This document shows, one piece after another, positions 1 to 12,950 of a stretch of DNA of 64,000 nt. The notes beneath the pieces are model-generated. The model was not told the DNA's origin, did no database searches, and saw nothing but the letters and a program-made list of their open reading frames with translations. Every line of letters begins with the position of its first letter. The stretch's first letter is position 1. This DNA comes from Raillietiella orientalis. Lineage: Eukaryota. The stretch is from NCBI GenBank assembly GCA_036172245.1, contig JAYWIR010000003.1, positions 930,001 through 994,000 of the forward strand, read 5' to 3'. A program made the position numbers and the translations under genes.

Positions 1-2229
1 CCTGAACGACCGTGGGGAGTGGGGGGGAGGGGAAGGATGATTGTGGAGAACGAGAGAGGTCACACCGGGCACTCCCTTCTGCATGCTCCCCAGGGTGGAT
101 GAAGGGACGTGAGTATGCCTGTTTTGCCCCGGAGTCCTGCAACTCGCGGAAGCCGAGCTACTGGCTGGCCTGGCCTGAGCGCTCGAGAGGTCGGCAGAAA
201 AGGACCCTCGGGAGCATACGATGCCACCCTCTCGGGTGACAGGCAGACCCATGCCTTTCTCGCGCGCCTGCGCGTTTGGATGCTCCGCCACTGCCAGCCT
301 GCCGTAGCCGCGCCTGGTGGCGGTCGATGGCGTCTTGTCGATGGTCGGTTTCGGGCCGTTGCGAGGAACGGCCTCCTCCCTGCGAGCACCAGCCTCCTGC
401 TGTGCCCTCCGGGAAGAGTGGTCACCGCGGGTGCGCAGCAGCGTGGTGTTCGGTCTCCACGCAACGAGAAGCGGCGAGAACTGCGAACGTGTGCACGTTT
501 CTTCCTGGATGCAAGGCGTGCCACCAGGAAAAAAAGAAATGAATGGAAAACGCGCGCGCGCCTTTCGCTGCGACGTGCCTCCCCTTGCAGCCGGAACCGG
601 CAGCATCCCCTCCTCTCGGAGAAGTCTCTCCGGGAATCGGTTCCGCGTTTCCCGGCAGCCGCGCGCGCCGGGGCCGAACGTCTCCATCGAAAGGTCTTCA
701 AGCCTCGGGGTCTCGGCCGAGCTCATGCTGGACTTTTACCCTGCCAGCGAGGAGGAGGGTGGCGACCGCCGTTCCTCCCACGGGCTGGGGGAGCCGCACC
801 TGCCGCCGGAGGGACGCGGGGGATACAGCCTTCAGGTCTTTCCAGGTATACGGGCGAAGATGATTTTTTTTTCCTTTTTCTGCTTTTCCGTTCGAGGACC
901 CCGGGTGCGGCGCCGGGCGGCTCGCTGATTGGCGGTCGTCAGCTGCGCAATTGTCGCCGCGGGGTTTTTCTCAGAGCGTCCGGAAGCTGCGAGGAACTCG
1001 GATCGAGCGCACAGGCCCGCGTGTCCACCGCGGGCCTAGGCCTCCCTCCTCCCCAATTTCCTTTGCTTCCCGGAAAGAGGCGCGACCCCCGGAAGCCATC
1101 CAGACGGAGGCAGGTCCACACCCGTCGGGTGACCGACCATCGATTTCGCCCCAGGAGAAACGTCCAGCGGACAGCTTCCCGTGGGAGAAACCTTTCCCGG
1201 CGATCGCGGGGGGGCGGTAGATAGTCTCCGGGAGGTCTCCCATGACCCGGAGGAGCGGAAACTTCCCGGAGCGGGGAAGGAAAGGGAGAAGGACGGACAG
1301 GCCCGGAGGAATTTGTGCCGGGGTCATCCCAGGAGGCGGAGGCGGAGGCGGCGGCAGCAACAGCGCTCGCGTCCTGCCACTTGGGATGCGCGGGAAGTTC
1401 CTCCCCCACCATCCTCCCGCGGGAAGTCGCTCGCGCGCAGCGGAAGGCGCGCCTGAGGAGGCGGCCGGCCTCGTATTGCGACACGCCCGCTGCCGGGAAA
1501 AGGCCTGGAGAAACGAAATGGCCCTCCCTGGCGTTATCTCGCAGGCGGATTCCGGCTCGGCGGGGAATTCCCGCAGGCGCTGAAGGCACAGCGCCGCCGC
1601 CCGCCGGGTGCGAGGGGAAAGGCCATCGACGCCACCGCCACCTCTGGCTTGGGTTCTGCGGACTCGCTCGAGCGCCCCGAACCCTTCCTGCGGGTGGCGC
1701 TAGTGGCACTCTCTTCCCTGTCTCCCCCCCCTTTCCTTCGCCGCCACCGCCTTCTGACTTTGGGTCTGCCTCCGGCTATCGGCGCTGTCCGGGTAGGGCA
1801 AGAGGCGTCCGTCGCCGCGTGGGTTTTCAGAAGTGCCTCCCCCCGATGCCCGGGGCGGGCCCGCGTGAACTCTCTGGGCCTTATCTCTCGGGTGCTCCAG
1901 AGATGAAGCAAAGGGCCCCATCGTACGTTCGACCCCATGGCGCTGAGGGCGATGGGGCTGCGCGCCACCAGGTAGTCCGCCGAGCCGCTGCCGGAGGCGG
2001 CGCTCCGTGCGCACCGCTGACGCTGCCCAAGGCGCCGTAGTCGACTGACCCGCAATTCCCACGGCGGCTGCTCCGGCGCTGGCTCGCGGGGCGGGCCGCA
2101 CACTCGCGGCACCACCCTGGGAGCTGCGGGTCAGTCGGTTCCTCCTCTGCGACCGCGGCGACAGGGCCGCGACCGGCATAGGCGAAACGCGCGGGGAACG
2201 ACCTTTGACTCCCCGCGCCAGCAGTTCGC

Positions 2230-3400
2230 GCGCCAGGAAGAGATCGACTTGGGACTGCAGCACTTCCGTGGACAGGGCCTCCGGAGGTCATGCGAAGAAC
2301 TGCAACAACGGCGGAGGCTCCCGGTGGACGGCCGCGTGCCTTGACCCGGTTGCGGAGGCCCCAAAAGTACGGAAGGGAGAGGGAATAATGGATCGCCCGG
2401 CAGGACGGGATCATCGCGCCTCCGTGTCCGTCCGCGGGCACGGAGGCGCGGTGATCTCTTCCGCGTGTCCGGGAGGATGTCGAGGCGGCAGGAGTGGGCG
2501 CGGATCTCGCCTGGCCGGGCCGCCCTCCTGCATCTATCGCTCCCCAGGGCTCTGTCGTACAGAGGGCCGCGCCTCCCGGTCCGCTCGCGTGCCTGGACAG
2601 TCAGCCCCTGTCGCCTCTGGAGCAGGGAAGGGGGAGAGAAAGGGGGGGGGACGCCGGGCCGGGAAGGCTTGCGCGCTGCCACCGCTGGGATGGCGCGGAT
2701 GCAGTAGACCCGGAGTCGGGAAGATTCAGGGAATGCGCACGCCCCGCGGACGCGGTCCAGGAGCTCCGCAGGATGAGATGCTTCACGGACACGAAGCTTT
2801 CGAGAGGAGTGGCCGCACTCACAACCCCAGAAAAGGGGGGTCTCCTTCGTGGTTTCGTTCTCCTTGGCAACGAGTAGGCTCTCGAGGCCGCGTCTCCGTC
2901 AGCGGAGGCGACGGGAGGCGTGGGGAACGAAAACGGACGCCAGCCGGAGGCGAATGGCCGAGTTCCCGGGCGGACCGGCGCTGTGGACCCGCAACCCAGG
3001 ACCAGGCACTCATCCCCCCCCCTTCCCTCCTCCCTCCCCGCGGTCCACTCGCCGCCTTCTCCGACGGATCACCCACGCGCGAGGGGTCAGTCGACAGAGG
3101 CAGTTTCAAGATGGCGGAGGAAAACGCGGAGCTACTGCAGATAGGCTCACGCGGTCCCCTCGGGGAGGGCCGACCGGCCTTCGCTCCTCGCGGGCACGGC
3201 GAGGTCTTGTTCCGAGCCCGGGGGTATCGCCAGAGCGCCCTCGAGAAGGGTCACGGCACGCAGAGCTTCGGAGCGGGGTGGTGGTCACATCACGTGAACT
3301 CACGCGCCGCCGAGGAAGGAGTTCTACGAGAGGTGGTGGTGGTGGTGGCAGCGGCAGCTGAGTGAGCACGGGGAGGTGCATTCCCCCTCCTCCTCGTTTG
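2230..3400 (+). mobile_element. Possible highly degenerate non-LTR (RTE-like) reverse transcriptase relic
   Basis: By-eye motif echoes in the expected order across frames: GGHAKNCNNGGG (KGD..C.NYRG-like), FTDTKLSRGVAALTTP (GVRQG..LSP-like), GEVLFRARGYRQS. Very weak. Confidence 0.2.
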
Positions 3401-6400
3401 CACGCGGCAGCAGTTCATCCGGGAGGACGGCGGAGCGCCCCTCGCTGGCCTCGACGTGCCCATCCGCGCTCCCGGGGCTGATCGCCCAGCAGCCGGAGCG
3501 GACTGCTGCACGGGAGGCGGAAGGGCCGACGGCGCTCCTCCGCAACCCTCAGGGATTCAAGGGGACGTCCGCCATTCCTTCCTTCCCATCGGCACGGGGG
3601 GTAGGGGTGGCTGCGACGGTGACGAGAGACACCCGACCCGCCCCTGCTTTCCGCTCCAGCCACGAGGGGAGGAGCGTGCAGATTCGAAAATGGAGCACGG
3701 GAGCGGGGCCCAGGAGGGAGTCCGCGCCGGGAATGGGACAGAGGGGGGAGGTGGAGGGACGGAGGGAACGACGCCGTGCGGAAGAAGGGAGCGGGAGGCG
3801 AGGCGGCTCCTGCATCCGCCAATCCCCGCCGCCTGATCCGGCGGGGGCGGGGGTGGGCGAGTGGTGGCCGATTCGGTCCGCGTTTCGTCGCCACAGGGCA
3901 TCCGCGCGTGATGACGCTCTCGAGATCCGGACGGACGGATGCCGCGGCGACGCGAGAAGACAAAAAAAGGAGCGGCAAAAAAAGAGGAGGAGGAGGAGGA
4001 GGGGGAGGGGCGATGACGCGACCCAGTTGACGGGGGTCCGCGACGAGAAACCTCGCTGCCCGAAAAGCAGGCGCCTGGGAGGAGGCCAAAATGGCTGCCT
4101 CTCTCTCCTCTCCCTCTCGCCCGCGAGGCCGACTTCCCGGGGATGCGACTGCGGAGCTCCTCCCGACGACCACTGGAGGGTGGGGGAAGAGCTCGCTCTC
4201 CCCGGATGAAACCCTTTGCGCAAGGACCAGAGCGAGCGATCAGCCTTCTCCCTTCGCCTGTAGCCGGTGAGGGTGGTTCGCCACCTCGAGCGGCCGCTGC
4301 TGCCGACCGGAGAGGGTAGCAGCGACTCCCCGTGGCTCGGCGACACCTCGCGCCTAGGACGACGGAGAGTCGCCGCCTCGCCGTGCTCCTATGACACCGG
4401 GATGCTGCCGTGCCACGGGACCGCCCCCGCGGCGAGCGCATTCGCGAACGGGATCAGGGGGGAAGGGGATCAGCGTGGAGGTGCCCCGGGGAGCCGGGAA
4501 GAACTGCACACCCGCACAAAGGGAAAAGGGAAACGGGGCGCCGCTCGCTGCTCACCAGCGCCGCCGCTGGCGGCCCCTCCAGCGGTGGTGGCGGGCGGGC
4601 GCGTGCCGATGGAGGGGAGGGTCGGCCATTTTGCTTTCCGCTTCGCCTCGCCGACGGGCGGAACGGGCAGCTCGAAGGCCGCGCGCTCCTTGCCTCCTCC
4701 TCCCTCTCTGCGCTTCCCATCGCAGGCTGCCGCGGAGCAAGCCGAGGCAGAGTTCCTGGTGGCTGCGGCAGCGAGTGCAGAGCCGCCACCTGCTCCAGAG
4801 GTGGCCAGCAGAGCTCTCGCCCACCCGCCTTCTCCTCCTCCTCCCTGCTTCCCCTGGAGACGAGGAGAGGGGCTACGACTCTCCCGTAGACCTGGGCGAG
4901 GGGAGGAAGATTACCTGGATCGGGCACGGCACCCCCTCAGAGGAGAGGAGGGAACACTCTCAGTCCTCCTCCTCCCGGAGCTGAAAGGAGAGAGGGCGGA
5001 TGTACCCCGCGGAGAGGAAGGCCTGCGGTAAACGGGAACCTCGCGCGCGCGCACCAGAGGGAGACAGGAGGAGGAGGAGGAAGAGGAAGGGATGACCTAC
5101 CCTTCCTGCCTTCGGGCGCAGGGACCTCTCCGAGGTGAAAGGGCACCCCGACCAATGATTCCGGAGCTGACGTGAGAGGAGATCGCTGAATCGCCTCTCC
5201 CGGCCCCTTGTCCCGCCAGGTGCCCTCCCAGCAGGTGCCTCCCCGCAGCCGGCGTGGCAGTCCCTGCCCCGCGGGCGCTTCCCCACAGCTCTGCGGAGAG
5301 CAGTCGACGCGGTGCAGCCTGTCGGGACTTCGGCTCCGGGAACGCTCACGCGCCCCGCTCAGGTCCACCCGCTTCTCGGAGGGAGGAAGATCCGGCGGAG
5401 AGATCGGCGCCACTTTCCCCTGGTATTCCCTTCCTAGCGAGTGGGAAGAGACGAAACGGGAATTCCTCACCTGCCCACAGGGGCCGGACCATCTCCTCCG
5501 GCAGCCTGGAGGTGTCCGGGAGGCTTCCGCAGACCGAAAAGCCGGTCTGGAAAGAGGGAGGACCGCGAGGTCGCCGTTTCTCTGGCCAGGCTAACCTTTT
5601 TGTCGTCCTCGCGGGGGTCCCGTCCCACAACGACCCCAGACTTCGACCCCCTCAGGCAAAGCGTCGCAGCTGACGCTGCAGGACTGGGGACGGGCCGAGG
5701 AGGAAGAGGAAGAGGGTTCTTTCTCTCCCTAGAGCACGCCTCCTTCCCTCCTCTCGCCTAGGCGCCCGCGTCCTCTCCCTCCGTCCCGAAAATCCCGCAC
5801 TCCAAGGAAGACGCCGCGACCTCTCTCCTGCCTGCTACAGGAAAAGCCGGCGAGGAGGGAGGAGTACTCCTTCCACATCATTCCTCGGGGTCCTGAGAGA
5901 ATTTCCCAACCTCCTCCCCAGGGAAGACGCGCGCGGGTTCGAGCCGCCTCCACATCCCGGGCCGTCCCCTACCGGCGCGCTTCGAGGAGGCGCGGAGGGA
6001 CGCAGACGCGCGTACCGCCACCCTGTGCGCTTCCCGTGCCTGCCGGGGCGACAGGCAGGGACCGGCTCAGCTGCCTTCTTCCCGCATCGGCGCGCGTGAA
6101 GCTCCTCCCCGCCGTCGGCTCCCCTCCCGCTCCCTCGCTCGCCTCCCGGAAACGCACCCGGAGGACGGTCAGGTGCTTTCCCCCCTCGGCAGGCGACCCG
6201 TCGGCAGCATCACTCCCCACCTTTCCCGCTGAGACTCGCGTCCCCGAACTCGGACAGTCCCGTCTTCCCGGAGATCTTCGCACCCCTCGGGCCGAGGGGC
6301 CCGAGGGCCATAGCCCCATCCCTCACGGTTTGACACGACGAGGGAGAAGGGAGCGAAAGAGAGCAGCGAATGGATAAGGTTCGTCTCCACGGTGATGCTG

Positions 6401-8070
6401 GAGGAGCCGCAACGCGTGGAGGGCGGGCTCCAGGGAAGGAAGAAAGGAAGGGGGAGGCTGGGGAGGCGCGCTCGACGGCGACAGCGGCCCTCGCGGGAGC
6501 GGAGGATGCGGGCGGGCGCGCCTCCGCTCCCGAGGCCTCGGACACGTTGCTTCCGGGATCGGCTGGAAGGTAGCGCTGGCAACGTGCGCGCCTTTCTCCC
6601 CTACTTCCGCTTCGCCGGTTCCCCCTGGCAACCGACGGAGCGACGGCAGCCCGCCGCTGCCGGCGCGCTCGCGCGAGCAGCGCAGCATCGGCGATCGACG
6701 CCGTCGTGCTGCGTGCTCAGCCGCGGTGGTAAGGGAGGGAAGATGGGGGGGGGGAACGAGGGCCTCTTTCCCACCAGGGGTGGGAGCGAGCGGGGGACGC
6801 CGTCGATGGGACGGACCGCCCTTCTCCCTACCCGGGCAGATCTCCCGGAGCTCTTTCGACGGCGGCGCCGCTAGCAAGTGCCGGTCGAGACTCCCACCGG
6901 ACGTTTTCCTCAGACTTTGCACCCGCCAAAGGGCGGAGGCGAGGCTCCTCCTATCTCTGCGCCTGCGTGCTGCACGTGCACACTCCTACGGACACACCCA
7001 ATGGTGGACCCTTGTCTCGAATGCCGCCGCTTCTCACCCCAGTCACCCGGATTTCTCCCTTCCTTTCTTCCCTTTCCCTTCCTCCCCCGGGGGCGCGTGC
7101 CACACACGGGACGCACGCCCCCGGGGCATAGCTGCCCACTGCCTTCACCCTTTCCTCCTCCTTCTCCCCCTCGCGTAGGCCAGTGAGTGCACCCGAGCAC
7201 GTCGGGCGGATGTGCGCGAAAGAGAAGCCCCACCTTTCGTCCGCGCGCGCGCACACCAACGCGGCTGGCTTCCCCTTGCGCGGAACCGCGAGCCGGCGCT
7301 CCTCTCCCCTTCAGGCCGCCGCAACCACCGCGCGCGCGCCACGCACGCCGCGGCGGAAATCCCCGTCGACACGAGGGGCGTCGGCTCGAGTAGTTGCCGA
7401 GACGTCCGCCGGTTGCGCTCGCCGGCGCAGCGCCCCGCAAAGCTAGACGGGCGCGCCTGGCATGACGGATATTCGCCGCCGCTGCTTCGGATCCGGTCCG
7501 ACCGGCGGACGGCCAGCGGCCCCGCCCCGCCCACTCCTCCCCTTCTCCCCGCATGCACATCCGCGTCGTGGGGACGGTAATCCCTCTCCTCCCAAAAGCG
7601 CGCGCGCTTGAAGATGGCGTGCCGTGCGCCTCGACGGACGTTGGCTGCGAAGTTTTTCAAAAAGTCCGACGCCCCGCCCTCGGAAGGATCGGCCCGTGCC
7701 CCCAGCGAGCGAGAGCGCACGCCACGGTTCGCGGGAGGTGCCACTGGCGAGAGGAGTCCTCCTCCTCCCCGTACCCCTTGGCGCGGTCTCCTTTGCCTTG
7801 CGTCAACTTCCTGCAGAAGAGCGGTCCGAGCCTTGTCATGTCCTTCATGCTCAAGGGGGAGGAGGAGGACTCGCTCCGCGCCTGCCAAGCCCCGTTCCCA
7901 TGGGCGCGCGTACCGATGACGCAGACCTCGCGCACCTGAGGATCGGAGAAAGTTATTTATTTTTCTTTCGATGGACCGCGTCCGTCCGCCGGGGCCCAGA
8001 CTGCGTGCGCTCTCGCGCGCACGCGCAGCAGCAGCGGCACTCAAGGTGCACGGCGGCTGAGGCTGCGGCT

Positions 8071-8072
<2 letters not shown>

Positions 8073-8112
<40 letters not shown>

Positions 8113-8139
8113 ACGACCTTGGAGCGACCGCGCGCGGGA

Positions 8140-8162
<23 letters not shown>
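8073..8162. repeat. (GGC)n(GAC)n trinucleotide run followed by an A tract
   Basis: gcggcggcg...gacgacgacgac and about 20 A directly visible. Confidence 0.9.
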
Positions 8163-8170
<8 letters not shown>

Positions 8171-8654
8171 GCGGCGGCGACTCGACGCGTATTGAGCGCA
8201 CGGTCGCGCCGCGCACGTCGTCTGTGTCGAAACACACGCGGGGTCTCCCCCTCCCCTCCTCCCACGCGCGCGTGCGGCCCAGTCTTTCCGCCGCGGAAGT
8301 TCTACCTGGCAGCGGAGAAAACGAAAAATCTCCGCAGGAGGAGAGCAACCGTGGCATCACCGCAGCGGATTCGACCTTCGTTCCATCCTCCTCCTCCTCC
8401 TCCTCCTGTTGTTGCTGGGTTTTTTTTTTTTTTTGCCCTTTCTCGCTCCTTTCTCATCCTCTTTTTCTTTTTCCCGCCTCCTCCCCCTCCTCCTCGCCGC
8501 CGCATATTTTGGCGAGCTCTAGGATGGATACACGTGCAGCCCCGGGCGATGGGCTTCGGGGCATCAAGGATTGCCACTCGCCTTCGGACGGTGGCGATGC
8601 AGTGCTCGGAAGAGGCCACTCCGCCCGTTTCCCGACACTCGCCCCGCCCTTCCC

Positions 8655-8655
<1 letters not shown>

Positions 8656-8694
<39 letters not shown>

Positions 8695-8735
8695 CACCAC
8701 CACCACCACCACCAAGCACCAACCACCACCACCAC
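8656..8735. repeat. Compound (CATA)n(CA)n(CAC)n microsatellite
   Basis: Directly visible. Confidence 0.9.
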
Positions 8736-10748
8736 CTTTTCCCGCAGTTGGACTCTGGAGAGGACGGGAATTCTACAAGTCGCGCGCGTCAGAAGGAAAA
8801 GAATCCCGGCGGGGGAGGAGGGGAGACAGGACCACTAGGGTCCAGCACCATACGTCTCCTACCGAGCACCACCACGCACATTCGGTGCCAGTCGTCTTAC
8901 GAAAAGGACGCCGCCCCCGCCATCCTCGTCGCCATGGCGACGGACTGACGGCCGCTCCGCCGTTGTCGTCACGCGACCGAACGTGCGGGAGGAAGGGGAG
9001 GGGCGGGGAGGGGGGGGGACGGAGGGTGGTGGTTTCCCGCGGAACGGTCGGGGAACGCCTTCGGAAAGAAAACCTTCCGGGTGCACGCCAGGAAAATGGC
9101 GCCCAGAAGCCGCACACGGAAGGGGAGCGGCAGGTTTCGCAGAAAGGAAAAGGGGGAGGAGGAAAAGGGAGAAAGCAGCACCCTCCTCCTCCCCCTTTCG
9201 AATCCGGTGGAACGCCCAACAATTGTCGGGGAACCAGGATGTGCGTGCGAACCGTTTCGCTCTCCTGCGTGTGGGAGGACCACGATGAAAGACGTGCGCG
9301 GCGCGGCGGAAAACGCTCGAGAAACTCGGAGTCGTCTGCGCGCGCAAACGGCAACAAGGCGCGTGAGACGCGCTGCCGACGCCATTTTCCAACAGCGGTC
9401 AGCATGGAAACGAGAACACACGCACGCAAGCGCCCGTCCCCGCGCTCGGAGGGTTTTTCCCCGGGGCGAGCTCGCACGCACCCTTATCAACCCATGCAGG
9501 CGAGCGCGCGCGCGGAGCGGTACGCTCCCTCTTCCCCCGTCAAAAGGTCTGCGTGTTTACCTGCTCGTCGTCGATGACGGTTACCCGCCGAACCGAGTGG
9601 ACGCAGTGACCCCGTGCTCATCAGCAGCGCGGTTTTGCGGTGGCGACCCCACCGGGGGGAGAATTCGGGGGGCGCGCGCGCGCGCAGCGGCAAAGTGCTG
9701 CCCTGCGGATTTTTGTTGCTCCGCAGCAGGTGCACGCCGGCTGCGCGCCTCCCTCCTCCCGTGCTCCTGGCTGCACGTGTTTGCCATCAACATCCAACCT
9801 GAAACGCCCTACTGCTCTCTCAGTCCCTCTCGCTTCGTGAGGGTGGCGCCCCTTTTTTTTTTGGGCTACCTCGTGGCAGAGAGAGGCGCGGATTGCCTGC
9901 TCCTGCCACTCTTTTCTTGCAGCCTCCGGAAAGACGGGAGGGCTCGATGGGATAAACTGCTGTCTCCTCCCACCTGGTCCTCCAACCCTTTCCGACCACA
10001 TTCGCCCTTACCTGATCGGCATGAGTTTTCGTGCACGTCGGATTCGTCTCGCTTGCTGCAGACTCCGACTCGCGTTCTCCCCTTGCCGCTGTGTGCTCGA
10101 TTCGGTGATTTTTCCGCCGACACCCATCCCCATCTCCGAGAAAACAATCTTGGGACGCTGATGCAAAGCAGAGCAGGTTACCCGAGCATTGCCTCACTAC
10201 CATCTTAATTTCTGTCGGCGGTTGATGTCAAATTCGAGCTTGCATATGCAATTTGACCATTTCACTTCCTACTCACCACCGATCTGCTCTTAAGATTGCG
10301 ATATCTTTGAAATACCCTCGACAACATTAGGGAACAATAACCGAGCGTTTCCCCGTTGGTGAAACATTATTCTCACTCCTCACATAAACTCAGAACACAA
10401 AACTTTTTAAAACTCCAATGCCTTCCTGCGAAGGCGATTCCTACCCCCCCCCCCCCTCTCCCTCCCCGCTCCTTTCCCCAGTTGTAAATAAGATATTTGC
10501 TTATGTAATGCGAAAAATACCTTAGCAATCATAAACATCTCGATGGATGATCGCAGCTATTTAGTTTATTCGTGTACGGATTTTGCTTTCCCTGTGAATT
10601 TCATTTGAAGGAAATAAACGTATAAAACATCCGATCTGGAAACGCTCTTTCGGATCTCTATGGTTGCCACGGCTGCACAGTTTCCCGGCGGCTTCCTGAA
10701 CTGTTGACTGTGTCAACAATGGCCGCGCGCGGCTATAAATATTTCAAC

Positions 10749-10776
10749 AGAGAGAGAGAGAGAGGGAGAGAGAGAG
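10749..10776. repeat. (AG)n microsatellite
   Basis: Directly visible, one interruption. Confidence 0.85.
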
Positions 10777-11249
10777 GGACGATCCCAACCCAAACTCGTG
10801 ATGTCACCACGGGCGAAATTCCTCCAGGAGCAGAATCGCCCGCGTGCCGAGCGCGCGTTTCCGAGCTGCTTCGCTCCACCGGCGGCTGCATCCGAGTCGA
10901 TGTGGGAACTTTTCTTGTTTGCATTCGGGAAGTTCCCTTCCACGCTCACCGTGCAGGCTTTCTTCGGTCACGCCCCCGGACGATCCCGGTTCGCGCCGGA
11001 ACAGGTGCCGCTGCCCGCGCGCGCCAACCCGGCCACCGGCACGCGAGCGCGGTGGACGGGAACGCACGCGGCGGCGTCCACGAACCCCTCGCCGAAAGAA
11101 GGAACCTCTCCGCGCGCTGGCGAATCCGGGATGCAGGCGCGCCACGAATAAACGAGTGTACACGACGACGAGTACGTGTGTACGGACCGCCTGTCGGCAG
11201 GGGAAGTTTGGCGAAGTTTCCAGCTGCTGGATAGCCTCGGACCGGTTCG

Positions 11250-12950
11250 ATTCACGACCGCGTGCTCCAACCCGAGTTTTGCTCCCCACCTTCGGTCCGC
11301 CGCCATTTTCGCATAGGCACCCCCGAAGCAGCTTACATGGCCGAACGGCTTGTTCGCGCTTTCGACTGAACTTGAAAGAGTCGACACGTCTGTCGTGGAC
11401 GACATGGGAACACTGCTGGCGTTATGAGCTGCCTGTGCTCCTGCGAAGAATGGCAAAGCAGCATCCCTTCTTTCTCGCAGGGCTCGGAGTTTGCGATTCC
11501 ACATGTGCTGAAAAATCATCATTCATACGTGCGCACAGCGACACATATACGTAGAGGGTCGGTCATCGCGCTCTTGCTCATAAGGGAATGAGAGGTGAGA
11601 AGAGGAGTGCTGCATCCAGCTGCATGAACATATGATCGCAAGCAAATCCGGAAGGACTGCTCGCAACAGCGAGGCCTCAGAATTTTCGGATTCTTTTCTT
11701 TCCTCCCTGCAGAAGACATCGCTCCACTGAACCCACATGCTAATTTCCGACACTTATTTATTTACCTTATCCGTCCGCAAATGAAAGCGGGTGTGATCGC
11801 TGAAAGAGACATTTTGCAAACAGGACCGGAACATGTTCTGAAGCAGTCTTGGTGTGTATCTTGGAAATTTAGTCATTTCAGTGCAACACTTCACACTTAT
11901 GCTTCAAACCTTTATGTTCATGAAAAATGCGACCGTAATAGGCAATGGCGGTTATGCTTCTTCCCCGATGGGTTGAGTGTTGCGCTCTTTCCGCATCTGA
12001 TGGCCAACTTCTTTTTAGCATTAGTGAGTGAACAGATAATGCGTTTAAATCCAGCGAATGTGTCAAGATTAGGGAAAGAGAACATCTTCAATAAAAGGAA
12101 TTTTTCTGGTAGAGATATAATACAGATTTAGCGTTCTCATTACACGCGACGGGCATTACAGTGAATTTGGAAGTACCCCTGGAAAGACCCATTGCGAGGT
12201 TCGCCGGATTTCGCGAAATTCAAGGCTTGGGATACTTTTGTTTTTGGTTTTCAAAAAAAAAAAAAAACATCAAAGCTTCCACGATTTTACTTTCTGTTCA
12301 ATGAGTATTTCTTGGCAGATTAAGTAACGAAAACAGCTTCATTTGCAAAAAAAAGAAAACGGAATTGCCATTCATGATTCATCCTCATATGCGAAATTCA
12401 AACGACCCCATTTCTGCTTGGGCAAAATTGGTGGAATTAAATTTCATGAAATCACAAGCAGCAGACATCGTTATTTATAGCGCCAGAGGAACAAAGTTGT
12501 AGATAAATATAATAAGGGGTGATGGTGTGCGCCTGTTTCCTTTCCACAAATTGACATGCAACTTTCAGAGAAAGGCAGGTCTCCCTCGTTGCACTATTGG
12601 AAGCAGGAATCGAGGAATTTTTCAAAGGTGATAAAGAGAGAATTCCCAACGAGGAAGAATAGAATGGGAAACGGCGCGAAGCGAATGAAAGGGCGTACGA
12701 ACAATCCCCACGTCTAAGGAGCATTCAGAAATGGCAGCAACAGAAACGGAGTCGTCCACGTGGTCACAATGAGCTCAGCATTTGACGGCTGGGTGGTTCC
12801 TGCAGCTCGAGAGGCTTTCCGTCTGGAAATGAGTTGCCATTCTTCTGCCAGTACTCGTTTCCGTGCAACTTGGAGACTGCACGGAAATCGTTGCAATCAG
12901 AGGGTAGCGAGGCAACATCCCCATTTCCGAGAAGAACTTCGGGTTTCTTG
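11250..12950 (+). mobile_element. Degenerate RTE-like non-LTR retrotransposon ORF2 relic
   Basis: Ordered motif echoes with frameshifts and stops: LNLKESTRLSWTTWEHCWRYELPVLLRRMAKQ (DL.KAFD.V.W..LW..L..YG.P), LCFFPDG (FADD position), EQIMRLNPANVS (GL.LN..KT), ATFRERQVSLVALLEAGIEEFFKGDKERIPNEE (DRI.NEE), RPRGH (W.GH). By eye only. Confidence 0.5.

Noticed and set aside
11525..11800. Apparent minus-strand exons with a GTAAAT donor and a tcttctgCAG acceptor
   Set aside because: They lie antisense within the RTE-like relic and the peptides show no recognisable homology. Cannot be supported without transcripts.
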